Shown here: piece by piece, positions 12,839-25,228 of the stretch
Layout: every line of letters starts with the position of its first letter
Position numbering within the stretch: position 1 is the first letter of the stretch
Source: Iphione sp. A-MEVVRFRX5
Taxonomy: Eukaryota
NCBI GenBank assembly: GCA_976226885.1
Contig: OZ320319.1
Coordinates: forward strand, 31,186,001-31,250,000
DNA: 64,000 nucleotides
Direction of reading: 5' to 3'
Translations under genes and position numbers: made by a program
The notes under the pieces: generated by a model
The model's input: only the letters and a program-made list of their open reading frames with translations
Databases searched by the model: none
What the model was told of the DNA's origin: nothing

Positions 12839-15800
12839 GTGAGTTGACATTTACTATTAAGGGCCACAGTAAAGGTATTTATCAACAACAGAAACGTCCT
12901 TATGTGGCCCTGATTCACACTGTTTGCAAGGCCTGGTAACCATCATGTTATTTCCCGTGTGCGTATATAATTTATCATCCAGCTTTCCCGATGTCATTTC
13001 TTTTTTTTTTCCTTCGTTGCCCAAGATCGACGGTAATTGCAATTAAGCAAAAGGACGGGCCTGTCCGTAAGCTTTGCTTGCTCGCATTTGATATTCAAGA
13101 CGGGACTCCATGTAGGTAATGGACTGTGACGGAAGATTTGTCCGGAACACTCTCGCCGGCCACATTTCGACTGATGGCGCAGAGGTTTGGGTTGGGGAGG
13201 TAGGCAGTGGGGAGAAGTAAAAAACATTCATGAGCGCATTGTGGTAGAAACCAATTAGGTGCGGGCATCAGCTTCTCTCTTTCCGTAAGACCGGTGCTAA
13301 TCGGACAGAACACATCACAGGAGATTTGTCGGAGATTACACCAAAGTGTAAACAGATGGCTTCCAGCCTTCGCAAGCAGTATCGGCTGACCGGCTGGTGC
13401 TGAAGGAGATGTGGCTTCCCTCACGTCGACAGAAGTACGAAGTACCAGACGTTATAACCCTCAGCCTTTAAAGTGAAAACGTATATTTATGTTTGTACCC
13501 ACATAAGGCTTACCACCCGAGAATAGAGTCTGAATGTAAATTATGATCGAAGCAAATGCCATTTCCGGTTTAGGATTTCTAGTCCATCGTTGCTTCGGTA
13601 TCATCGACAAATACGGTTCAGCCTCACGTCACAGGAAGTGTTTCCTTGGTAAGCGCAGGCGCAGTGTCTTAATCCGCCCTCTGTTGACACGCGCACCTAT
13701 TTACGTGAGATTACTCGATGTATCAACTTCATGTAAACATGGACGTAATGTCCAAGTATTTCTGCCGGCGAAAAATGATTCCTGTTTAAACAAGCAGATG
13801 GGTCCGGCGATGCACAGCAATGTGTGAAGATATACCCACCAAGTGCCTGTACCGGTGCTTGGCCGGGACCGCTGTTTGTTGAAGGTTGTTCGGTGGCCTT
13901 CGTATCATGTGACTGACTGGGTCACCTGCCTGGAAACGCCCATACCTGCTGTAGCTTTCTCAGCACATCACAAGCCTGCGGTATGTAGACGCTATCACCG
14001 CGTGCGATTAACAGTACAGCACGAGATTGCCTGCTAACCCTCCCAGATAGGTCCGCAACCCCGGCTTTCAGGCGGGGCCCACCTGCCGCATGCTCGCCCA
14101 TGACATGCTTCCTGAATAAACCGCAGGTCACTCTGTACATGTATACATACATTGTCGGTGTGATGTTCAGATGATGGAATAGTTGAAAATGTTAGGCTTT
14201 TTTTTCAATTCCGTCCTATTGTGTCTGGCGATCCATTACAATGATCACCCCCAGTCGTGTATTGTTCAATACTAATCTCAATCCTGTTACCGTCGCTGTT
14301 AGGACTGACATTCCAACCGGCCACATCCTTCAAAATATTAGCAATATTTATGTTGCATGTATCTGCTTTTTGTTAATCCTACGTAATTGTGACAGAGAAA
14401 AATAAGGGAGTTCGTGGACGGCCATTCCTCATCAGAATGCTCGTTTCCTTATTGCGTACACATATTTTCATGTATTCTACGCTCGGAGAGGGAGTGCTAA
14501 CATGTCGTTGATCATATAGATTAGGCGTCGTGATTTGGTTCGCCAGCAGTGTGTTAGCGCCCCATGCGGTGCCCGCACCAGGAACCCGGCCCGCGTGCTG
14601 CTCATTCCCCGTGGAGCTGCTTACCACCGGGGTCCTCCTACCGACAAGCCCACGATCCCCTCCTGCCGGGACCCCCAACCGCCCAGAGCCAAGCATAGCC
14701 TCTCTGGTTACCTGCCAGCGCCCGACCACTATAATTGCTAATAATAACAGCACGATAGAGAATGGAGCATTTGATTGCTTGGTGATAAAACTGCTCTCCG
14801 CCGATGAGACTGACTGGCCTGTGGCGTTGAGCAGCTCACGCCACCTGCAGGGATTGACCGTTCATTTGACCGTATTGCTTGGCAGTGGACTTTGCTGCGA
14901 ATGTTTATGTAAAAAGTCCTTCACTCTTCTTTCCTACCTTTGTATTTATATGGTTCATTAGGTCTGTGTGCCACCTTACTGTACCGACAAAATAGTTCCA
15001 ACATTTCTCTTCTTGTTTTTCGGTCTGACACTGGATCTATGTATCCTTCCCACTGAGGTTTCATTTACCCCACTGGAATATTCCCACGATCGTTTTGTAC
15101 TCTAAGAGGACGCTCCATGAAAAAGCTCTGGTGGTTTTTTTAGGTACTTTCGGATGTATACACGTAACTAGCAGGCTAAGTAATTAAAACTTCGATCAAT
15201 TTCGTATGATCGTTCTGCGCGAGAGTCGATAGTTTGATCGTTCAGGTTATTTTCCAGAAAATATTTAATTATGTGGTAGTCGCTCGGTCGTCGGTAAATT
15301 TACATGGCAGCTCGCCTACCGGACTTTGCCTTGCACCGCCCCCTGCCGTCTAACCTTTCCCTCCGCTGCCCCAGGGCCGGCCATGGAGAGGGTAATACGG
15401 TAAGTGGATGGGCACGCCGGAAGTGGAAAGACCTCCGGCACCACGCCCGCCTAAGTGGGGTCTCCCAGGTCGAAGGGGTTGGATCAATAGACGCTCATCT
15501 TGGGGCAAGATTGGACGAGGTAGTTGTGGGGGATTGGGGGGTGGGGGGTGGGGGTAATCCACCCGATGATGCGTCTGGCGTGCGGACCCATCTGGATTAT
15601 GAACATCCGCGCAACGAGCGCGTATAGTTGCATTTAACGGAGAGGCTAGCGGAGCTCCGGGCGGCAGGTCGCCGCCGTCTTTGTACGGCCCGCGTGGAGC
15701 TCAAGATAACGCCATTAAGAGGGCTGCCATCAGAGGTCGCAGGTAGCCTCCACAATATGGTGGATCAAGCCCTGGTGTACCTTGATAGGCCTATCAGTGG

Positions 15801-16729
15801 AGAGCAAGGATCGACCGAGACGTGCCGCAGACATTGTGCATAGATTGCTGACGTATACATCTGTTGTGCAATTGGTCATGATTGGGGAATTCCTTCTTGG
15901 CAAGAGACACTCTTGCGGCAATTGAGTGACATTATTTTGCCGAGAGTGGCGGTACATTTAATGTGCTGAGCAACTTTCGGGATATCACTTTTATTCAAAG
16001 ACCAACCGGTTTGCCTTTACTCCCAAGTAGAATCTATGTAGGTCCACAAACCCTGCAGCTTCAGCGCCTCCTATGTTACTCCTATGTTAAGGACACAACT
16101 ACATGAACATGATTATGGAATAACAAAAGTTTTTTTTTCATTTGCAAAGAGATCAAGGATTGCATAGAGTTGAGTAGCACGTGATTCCTGAAAATATAAG
16201 GAGGTGATAATAAACATCCTTCAAATGTTAGAGGAGTTATACAGTCGCGTGTTACAACGTTGTTATACTAGTAATCCAAGGACATCATTACCTTCTTGAG
16301 GGACGGGGAGGAAAAGAAGCCTTTCACCTTTCTGCCTGAGCTACACGTATATTAGTCCGTCTACACTAGTCTGTATCTCATTATATGCTCATGCATGTTT
16401 GTTGACCTGCGACTAAGGTTCGCCACGGACATGAAGTGCCGGTCGCTCGCGTTCAGTTTGCCATCTTAATCCCCTCGATTCATCATGGTTACCTTGTTTG
16501 CAACGGAGGATGAGGAATTCGGCCAGTGATTGTTACAATTCTCCTGATTACATCTCGAATAAATCATGAAAGCGATGTGTCCGGCGTATGGCTGTTGCGC
16601 CCTGTGTTTGAATTATAGAGATATTTAGTTAATGTATTGTTAGAATGGCCTGACAGTCGGCTGATCAGTGAGATATCAGATAGCAACCCTTTCTTAGCCG
16701 AGAACGTATGCATGCAGGTTTGCATGCGC

Positions 16730-16748
16730 ACACACACACACACACACA
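16730..16748. repeat. (CA)n microsatellite
   Basis: Perfect CA run. Confidence 0.9.
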
Positions 16749-18735
16749 TTTGTTATACTCACTGTTCGCACTAAAGGAAGACCCATTATGATGACATCTT
16801 AATAACGTCATTGGCGAATTGAAAGGAAAACTTCTCCAGGCAGAAAGAATGCTCCTTGCCGTCCTGTTTTTATCGGCTCTTCCGGCGTGCGCGCCAACCA
16901 TGTGAAGCCATAAAGGAGGAGACAGGTAGGTGAAACGCAGAAATTTCTTATGCCGCTATAGTATTTAGGGATGTCTACGAATAAACCCCGTCTACGTGCT
17001 GAATGGGCTGTGGCCAAATAGTAATTATTGCGGGTGGCCGCCATCTATAAAATTGGAGATATGCCCGTTTATATGGCTGTTTGACTTATGCAGTCGGGGT
17101 CTTGACTGCCCCTAATTGACATGGCCTCCATTAGGAAGCGGTATATTCGTCCAGCGTGACATTGACTGCTGCGAGGTAAACCTTAAGGGAGCGCCATGCA
17201 CTGCACTAAGAAGGCGACCGTCGTACAATTCATTCAAGATGGCCGTCACCCGACGCTCATTCAGCCTGTAATGATGCTGATTAACGTTTGACCATAGGTT
17301 CATTAGTCCCCTTTTTTTACCATCAGTACGCGCAGACGTGGCGTCGTTTGTTTCTGTGCAAATTGCTGTCTGCGCAGAAGTACCAAATGTTAGTGCAGAT
17401 CAACTACAGCACAGGCCTTAAGGACCCATTACTAAACCAGGTACCATGCCCTTGGCCTGCGAGCAATCGAAAGCAACTATGACTTTGGCTGACGCGTTAA
17501 CCTGGTCTATAAACCAAGAGTTCTCCCACGTTGGGAAAATTGTATTCCGGCAATAGTCCTTGGACACTATTTGAGACGCAGATTCACTGTGCATATTCTT
17601 GTTATAAATGCACATTTTTGTGTGTTTCGAAAAGCGTTTCTTTCGTGACGTTTTGGTAACATACAAGTTACAAGAAAACGAGTTCCTAGAAATTTGGTCT
17701 ATTTTTATAATTGATAAAAAGATAGTTTGTGTATTTTGCATGTTCTTAACGCCAAAAAATGTATCTTTCATCTTTTACCTACTTCTTTTACCTATTTCAT
17801 CAAGTACAGAATTTCAGTTGTTGAAGATTTTATAGCCTTCAACCTGTAGGTCTCCCAATGTTCATGGCCCAGGTCATTGGCCATGGCGGCAGATTCCTAT
17901 CTGTATCCTCCCGCAAGGTGAAAATCCTAATCTATTCATCTGTAGACGAAGGAGAAAGGCATAAACTGAAGGTTATCACGCGAACGTCTGGGAATCTCAG
18001 TCTGCTGACTCGTGCGTTGCGTGCCGACCCCGTCCTCTCTTGGAATGACTTCGGTGGGAGACTCGCCGGCCACAAGGACTGCCTTTCCAAGAGAACCTAC
18101 AGGGCCGAAGATCGACCGAGGTTCAGTCTAGGTCGCCCTTCTCACGGGTACGGCTAGACTGGAAAATCCGTGCACCTATGCCCCGCCCACATTGGCTCCT
18201 AAACAAAACGAAACGGAAAAAACAGATATAATCTCAGCAGGCCCTCTATACCCACCCTGGAAGTTTGGCTCCGTTGGATGTAGAAATTTTGCTGCAGAAA
18301 GTTGTCATTTATGGAAATACACCAGAAAAGTGATAAAGTATATGTTCCCGATAAGAGTTTACCTGGCTGTAATTACAAACCTGGCCTGACCATGCAAGAA
18401 TAATAGTTATGATGTCAACTATTTTTTTTTCTCGAAAATGCGCTACACAGGTATAATGGTCATTTTTCATCCCCTTTACTCCCGCCCCCGCCTTTATTTT
18501 TATCCCTCCATTTCATATTATATACTTTTTACACGTTATGAGCGTGCGTGGTGCGTGTGTCACTCCTTTATGGCTATCTCTACAACTCGAGCGAATGCCA
18601 CCTGGAAGAGCAGAGGAAACATAAGGAAAAGATAACCCCTTTTCGAAATTGGAATGGCGCCGTTACCTTGGCCTCCGCGTTCTTCGACAGGCCGCCGGCT
18701 GTCACATGGCTCAGCCCATATAAATGATGGCCTTG

Positions 18736-18750
18736 TCACTAGAGGGCGCT
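18736..18750 (+). promoter_or_regulatory. CTCF-like motif TCACTAGAGGGCGCT
   Basis: One mismatch to the CCASYAGRKGGC core, with a typical GCT 3' extension. Confidence 0.45.
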
Positions 18751-21700
18751 ACCCGTGAGTGGAAGCCACACCCGCGACCCTTGTTGGCAGCCAACCATCT
18801 CACACCCTGACCAGCTAAGCTCTAAGTTACCAGCCCGCCCCGATGTCTATTCCGAACCTCCAGCCTCTTATTTCTCGGTAGATGCGATATGGTTTCGTGC
18901 GTAGTCACAGCAACGCCCCTCTCGTATATGTTATCCAATGTGGTTTTAACTTACCGGCATTATGGTTTGCGCTTTCTGTCTACGCGGCTTACCCCAGTGC
19001 AGGTAAATTAACAAGTTCCCATATATCAGATGTGTTCTTGGCAAATTGCTGCTGCCTCAGGGCATTCAGTAAGCTTAGGCCGAGAGGTTTCTTTGATTAG
19101 ACGAACAATGTACGACCTCAACCATGTAAATATACCCTCGAGCAAAAGAGAGAGGACTTTGTTCAATGAACGGAATCATAATTTGAGTGTGGTATGTATG
19201 CACAAGTGTACTTGCAAAGGCTTGTTTAAATGCAATCACCATACCGCCAGTGAGAATAACGATGTCGTTTAGGTCTATCCAGGCACTGGAATGTGAAGTA
19301 GTTTTGGATAGATCTCAAAGTTTTTTCTTGTATATGCACGAGGATGGTGCCACTTTCACCTGCACGTGAGAGGTCTTAACTGATGAGAATGTATGCTACT
19401 GACATACTTTCTCTGGTGTGTGAGTAAAACTCTTCAGTCTATAATTTCGTACTAACCCTGCCTAGTAAAACATCCATCCAGAGATACATACTCTACCGGA
19501 AAGTATTCAGGAAACAGGGAAATGCTGATTAAAACCACACGTCTAGTCATGGAAGCCACAGGGCTTCCCGTGGAGGCACGGTTTAAGTGAGCACCAGTTT
19601 ATTAACCCCAGAGAGCCAACACACCGGCATGATACGAGTTAGGAAATGTTGCTCGGCGCTTTGTGGAGCAGCTCTTGCCACTGAAAGTGTACGGTGCGGG
19701 CTCCTCATGAAGTCACACCTGAGAAATCATCAGTGACACTACGGCCCAGCGAGCTTCGAGATGAAAGCCATGAGCAGATATAAATCAACTCTCCTTTCGA
19801 CTTCCACCTGTCCAGGTGTGATGTGAGAGCTGCTGTGGAGCCGTGGTTCCATGGCAACAGGCCGGTTGTGGGCAAGGTTCAATAGATGCACCATTAATTC
19901 CATCACTTTTCCTTCTGCTCTGCATCTGACTTGATGACGCTGGCACCCTTCGGTCCGATAGGCCGAACAGACCCACCTGCCAAGACTCGGCAGCCGGTGA
20001 AAACGTTCTACCACCAGGTACAACTGCATGTGTCTAAATACCCTCCCACGTCAAGAGATGCCACATGCCTTCCATCAATGAGTCCAACCCGTACGACCGA
20101 GATATTTATCTCTCCTCACCACATCTCCATGATGAATCATTCAAGTGTTGTTGTTTTTTTAACATGTCTCAATGTAGGTTATTGACATATCACAAAATGA
20201 TCTCGTGCACTTCTGGTTCCAAGAGTGTCAACACCTCATAATATGTAAATATTACCGTCTGATCCAACTGTGCTCTCTTCGCCGCTACGTACCATGCATG
20301 GACTGGTATTTTAAATTTTTTTTGTTGGAAAGCTTTTATGTGTACAGTAGGTTAGAGGGAAACCTCGAATTCCTCCAACAAAACAGCGTTACCGAGACGG
20401 TTACTTACATTCGGTTGGACTTTGTATTGTGCAGAGATGGTAAATGTTTTTAGTATACTTGTCATGGTGTGCTTTTGTATTTTTGCTTAAACGGATGGAT
20501 CTTCATAGAAATAGGCCTGTGGGGGAGACTATTCACCATTATTTCAGTCAAACTGACGATCAGGTACAGTCACGATGAATGGACTCCCCAGTGAGATGAT
20601 CAAAGGGAAAGTGTCGCACGTGAGTGGTGTATAGTATGTTCGAAAATAAGTTTCATATTAAATGTGTTAGGAAGGCCACCCAGTTTGATGCTTCTTAAAG
20701 GAGGCTCCCTTCTATATTATCATTGCACTAGGCAAAGGACCTGTGTAATCCAAAACATACACAGAAATCCAACCGAGAAAGAGTCTTTTTTCACGACCAG
20801 CAAATGTGTGCATAGATTCTCTCTCGACTCGCCCAGTATTCCCTTGCTACCAGACGTATGATTCTCCACACCCATCACTGGCGTTCCATTCTTTTTTTGG
20901 ATTTGACGTTTTCTTTCCATCCGCTCTTGCGGATACTGTCACGTTGGCAGTGTACGTCTTCACCTCGGCAGGTGTGACAGGTGCAAGCTCAGGCAGGTAC
21001 TGCCAAACTGTCGTGGCTATACCTGTCAGTGGAGCGCCCTGCCAATACAATAGTTATCTAAGTGAACGGCGGTCTTTTGTACAGGACTCCGCCGATGCTC
21101 GCCAGGTCTTCGTCAAACGGCGACTGATGCCACTGCGCTATGTTGTTGTATGCGACACGACTCACCTGTCAGCTTTTTTTTGCGAATGTGTTGGAGGAAC
21201 TGCACTGTATTTATACTGCATTATGTGTACATGTATATGTGAATAATTTTTTCAAAAGATATATGCACTCAACCGCCATGAGAACTCATAATATTTCATC
21301 ATTTGGTTGAGGTTTGCAATGGACATCCCCTCATTATGGTAGAGCCACTACGTACATCTATCGTAAGCTATACACAGCTAGATTGCCAAAGGCAGAGAAG
21401 GTATATATACTGTAGTGTAGGTATTCCTTACACAGAGGAACTATATTTCAGCTATATGTATTAAAATGGAAACGAGCTGGTGCACGTCGAGACCTTAAAC
21501 AAATATAACCATCTTTCAACCATTAGCGATCCAGTTATCATCCCGCTGTACAGTTTGTATTTTTCCACAGACAGGTCTTTGTTATTTTTCGCCGTGGATT
21601 CCGTTTGTTTCTGTGAGTGAATCCAGACCTTTTCTCTTCTTTTAGAAAATTAAAACGTGAAATATGATTGCATTGTCCATTTCGGAGAAGATAATGTATC

Positions 21701-23900
21701 GACAAATGCTACATCGGAACGGCAAAACTTCTAATCGAATTGACGCGTTGGAATTGAACGTTATCCTCTTTTTAAAGGCGACGCTGTGTCCCACCCGCTC
21801 CCTTCTTGTTCTTTAAAGTACCGTTTTATTCACTGTTTTTATATTTTTTTAAAGCAAACATGAGAGCAGAAGCCCAGCTTGGAAGCATCTATGTCGTAAA
21901 ACCATATACAGAAATAACACGCCATAGGGATATCATTTTAGGTGGTTTCTTTTAAAATTCTGTTTGTTATTTATTCCTCTTGTTGATACTGGAGAATCAA
22001 CGAAGCAGCGCCTCAAGCTCAGCGTGGTGCTATAGCTTCAAGCTTCAACTGTCTTGATTCTTGACACTGGGATCATTTTCAGATGGCTTAAAAGACTTCG
22101 ACGGCAACATCAGAGAGCGCACGAAGTAATTTGATAATAGACCCGTAATCTTGCCCAATCAAAAGAACTTAAAATTGCCTTCGGAGCGGAGACAGTCCCT
22201 AATGGAAATTACTTCGCAATCACAGAATAGGGAGCTAGCTAGGAAAAATATTGAAGGGAAGGTGAAAGAATGAGTAGGGGGAATTCAGAGTATATCGGGG
22301 AGAGAATGAGAAGTCATGCTCTTTCCTGAAAAGGAAGAAAAATGCGTACTCACTGCGAGAGTATCGTATTGACCGCTCAAGGGTTTTGTAGCCGGTCAGA
22401 TATCAGAAAATCGATCTTTTTATATCCTATCTCACCCCTCTCACCGCCCTTTTTCGCCCCAGTGCCAGTCGGCCCATCCACGGGGATTGGTTCTTGACAC
22501 TTATTCAAACAAAATTCGATTGCCTAGCAATGAAAACTAAAACCGATATACCACGGGGAAAAAAGCCACTTAAAAAATTCCAATCGCACTTAGTCTTTAT
22601 CCTGTTAATGACTGTTGTCCAAGAGCTGGTGGTAGGCTTCACTGGTTTTTCAGGACTCACTGATGCCAAGTGGGCAAATTATGGAAGCCCGACAGCGCTC
22701 TCAAAGGATCCCTTCCTTCCCTTTCCAGCAATAGACACAGCCCTGAATCGCTGTGTACCTGCCTCCCAGTGGATATGAACGGTCGCGGGGATTGAGAGGG
22801 AAAAATGAGCTCCCGATGTGAGACTGGAGCAAGCCATCTTCCAAGGGACTTCAAGCAGTGGTCATTCATGGATAACTCTCATAGCTGTACTTGCCAGGTC
22901 TTAGATACGCAACAGCGAAGGCTAATGGAATGGAGATTGGTTCGGAGAGACGCGTGTGAATTCCTTTGGCCACTGGGAACAAAAATCATACACAGGAGTT
23001 GCGTTTCAAACTCCAGGGAGGGAGATATCTCAGTGCTATTTATTACGTTGTCCAGTGAATGGCTCCTCAACGTACAGTTCATGGAGCCAGCGCTGCATTT
23101 CTACTGAATTTCAGGAAGCGTCAAACGTATAATGTTACTGATGCCACATATCTTAGAGCTACGATCTTAATTACACAATGACGACATGATACATATAGAG
23201 CTAGGGATAATGGTATCAAATGATGGAGACGTTAACTGAGTTACCAAGACGAAAGGCCTTTGGTAAAGATCTTGTGTTCGAACCCCACCAAGGATTTAAG
23301 GCCACATAGATTTACCATAAACAATTCAAACACAGAATGGTCAACAATTTGTCAAAGTATGTTGGAATGTAGCGTAGATGCGGATATATTATGAAACGTG
23401 CTGAATGGAACTGTTGCATAATTAATGGGCAGTAAGGGTAATATATATGAGCAATTCTGTCATCTCGTCGTCAAGAATCAACCGTCAAATGTCTTTTATC
23501 TCAACATTATTAACTAGGAGAAGATTAAATTCGCACATCCCTGGAAAAATTTCCAACAAAAAACAGATCCTGTGTAGTCTCACCCTACAAAATGCATTTC
23601 CAGACACGTATTTATTCGTTGACGGTATAAATCAAACAGGCAATGTGTGTTGGGACAGAACACATGGAGGTATATAAATATATGATATATACTTCAGTGC
23701 TGTTTTAGATGGTGAAAGGAAATTGTCGTGATGTGATATTGAAAATTGTATTGCTTCTCCTGTGCATGGAAGTTCATACACTGACATTTCATGTATTTTC
23801 AACGATAACGAGTATACTATGTATCTTCTTTTACTAAAGTTGAGGGGGGCATTTAATGCTCAAAGAACTTGATAGAATGCCTCTCAACATACACATGGTA

Positions 23901-25228
23901 GGGGAAAGGTGGGTAATTTGGACCAGTGGGTAAATTGGACCACATCAAGATCTCTCATTTTCAGGCAAGGAAGGAATATGAGCACCACCCAACAACAAGT
24001 AATATAACTACACAATGTCTCAGAACTAAAAAATGGTGGCTTCAAAAAAACATGTGCCAAGCTGAGACACATTATTGGTTTTACGTCTCACTGATCTAAT
24101 TTTACCAATTATATTTGGCAATGTAGCTGCAAGCAGAAAGTAAATAGACCCCTATCATAACTTTATATCAATACTGTCTCACTCAGAAGCAATACTAACA
24201 TCAAGTTTAGTCTCTGTCATTTACACAAAAATGAACAGAAAATATTTTTCCTGGGGATTGGTGTGTGGGTAAATTGGACCACTATAGGGAGGGTAAATTG
24301 GACCACTGGTCAAACTACCTAACTCAGTCCAATCTACCTACACAACCATTACCTTTTCTTTTATCTGTTAAGCAGGCTTTGGAGAAACCTTGTGGTATCT
24401 GTATTTGGTCTTAACATTGAGCTATCATATGAAGACAATCTATTTTGAACTAAGACAGTAAATGTAGTGCAAATTTATGGAACTCCATGATGTACCCTTT
24501 TCTACTGTAAGTATTTTTTTATTGAAATGAAAGACATTATTTAAGAAAATAAATAGAGAAACATTTATTGGTTTTTATTTATTTACTTTTGGTTTTAACA
24601 TATTTTGGACTTTTAATGACAAGATAACTGGTATAGATGTGTGGTAATTTGTCAGGGTATTCAAGAAGGTCATCAACAAAGCTCCTGTCACTAGTGCAAG
24701 GAGCTTTTTAGGCCTGAGAGGTTATCTTGTCAAAGGAATTTTCTAGTTTTTAAAATGTTTGGTGAAACATTATAAATATACATGTGCACATAGTTTATAA
24801 AGTTGCAGCAACAGGTATGAAAGGAATCTAATACCCCACGAATGCAGGCCCCATTCTGTTGTACATATTTTGATGGTAGAAGTCACAAAGTCAATTGGCA
24901 TAACAACTAATAGTGACCAAAACCTTTCTAAGCCATGCTGTTGTTCATGGGACTTACAAATCTAGGACCTAGATTCATTTTACACCTGACTGTTCAGAAT
25001 TTGGCACCTGGTCCAATTTACCCTCCCTGTTCGGTAAACTGTTCCAGTCATAAAAAATTTTCAATTGCATTTTACTCAAAGATTAATATAACTAAAATTC
25101 CCTCAGTTTGTTAAAATATGCTGCAGACCCTAATGCTTTAAAATAAGCAAAGTTTTTGTACAGTAGCTTAGACATTTTAATTTTAGAGCATGTTGTTCTT
25201 AGGGGGTCCAAATTACCCACCCTTCCCC
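23901..25228. mobile_element. Non-autonomous Tc1/mariner/pogo-type DNA transposon (MITE), 1328 bp
   Basis: 24-bp terminal inverted repeats with 1 mismatch (GGGGAAAGGTGGGTAATTTGGACC ... GGTCCAAATTACCCACCCTTCCCC). Flanked by TA at 23899-23900 and 25229-25230. AT-rich interior with no transposase ORF; repeated subterminal 15-mer. Confidence 0.85.

Noticed and set aside
13823-14138. Possible solo LTR (TG...AATAAA...CA)
   Set aside because: No target-site duplication, PBS/PPT or second copy was found, so the boundaries are arbitrary.
14400-14440. Hammerhead-like CTGATGA cores (minus strand near 14430 and 37575; plus strand near 19380, 46312 and 62760)
   Set aside because: None has the required GAAA after stem II or complete stems I and III.
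23230-23300. tRNA gene suggested by GTTCGAACCC (B-box)
   Set aside because: No cloverleaf or convincing A-box; at most a decayed SINE head.
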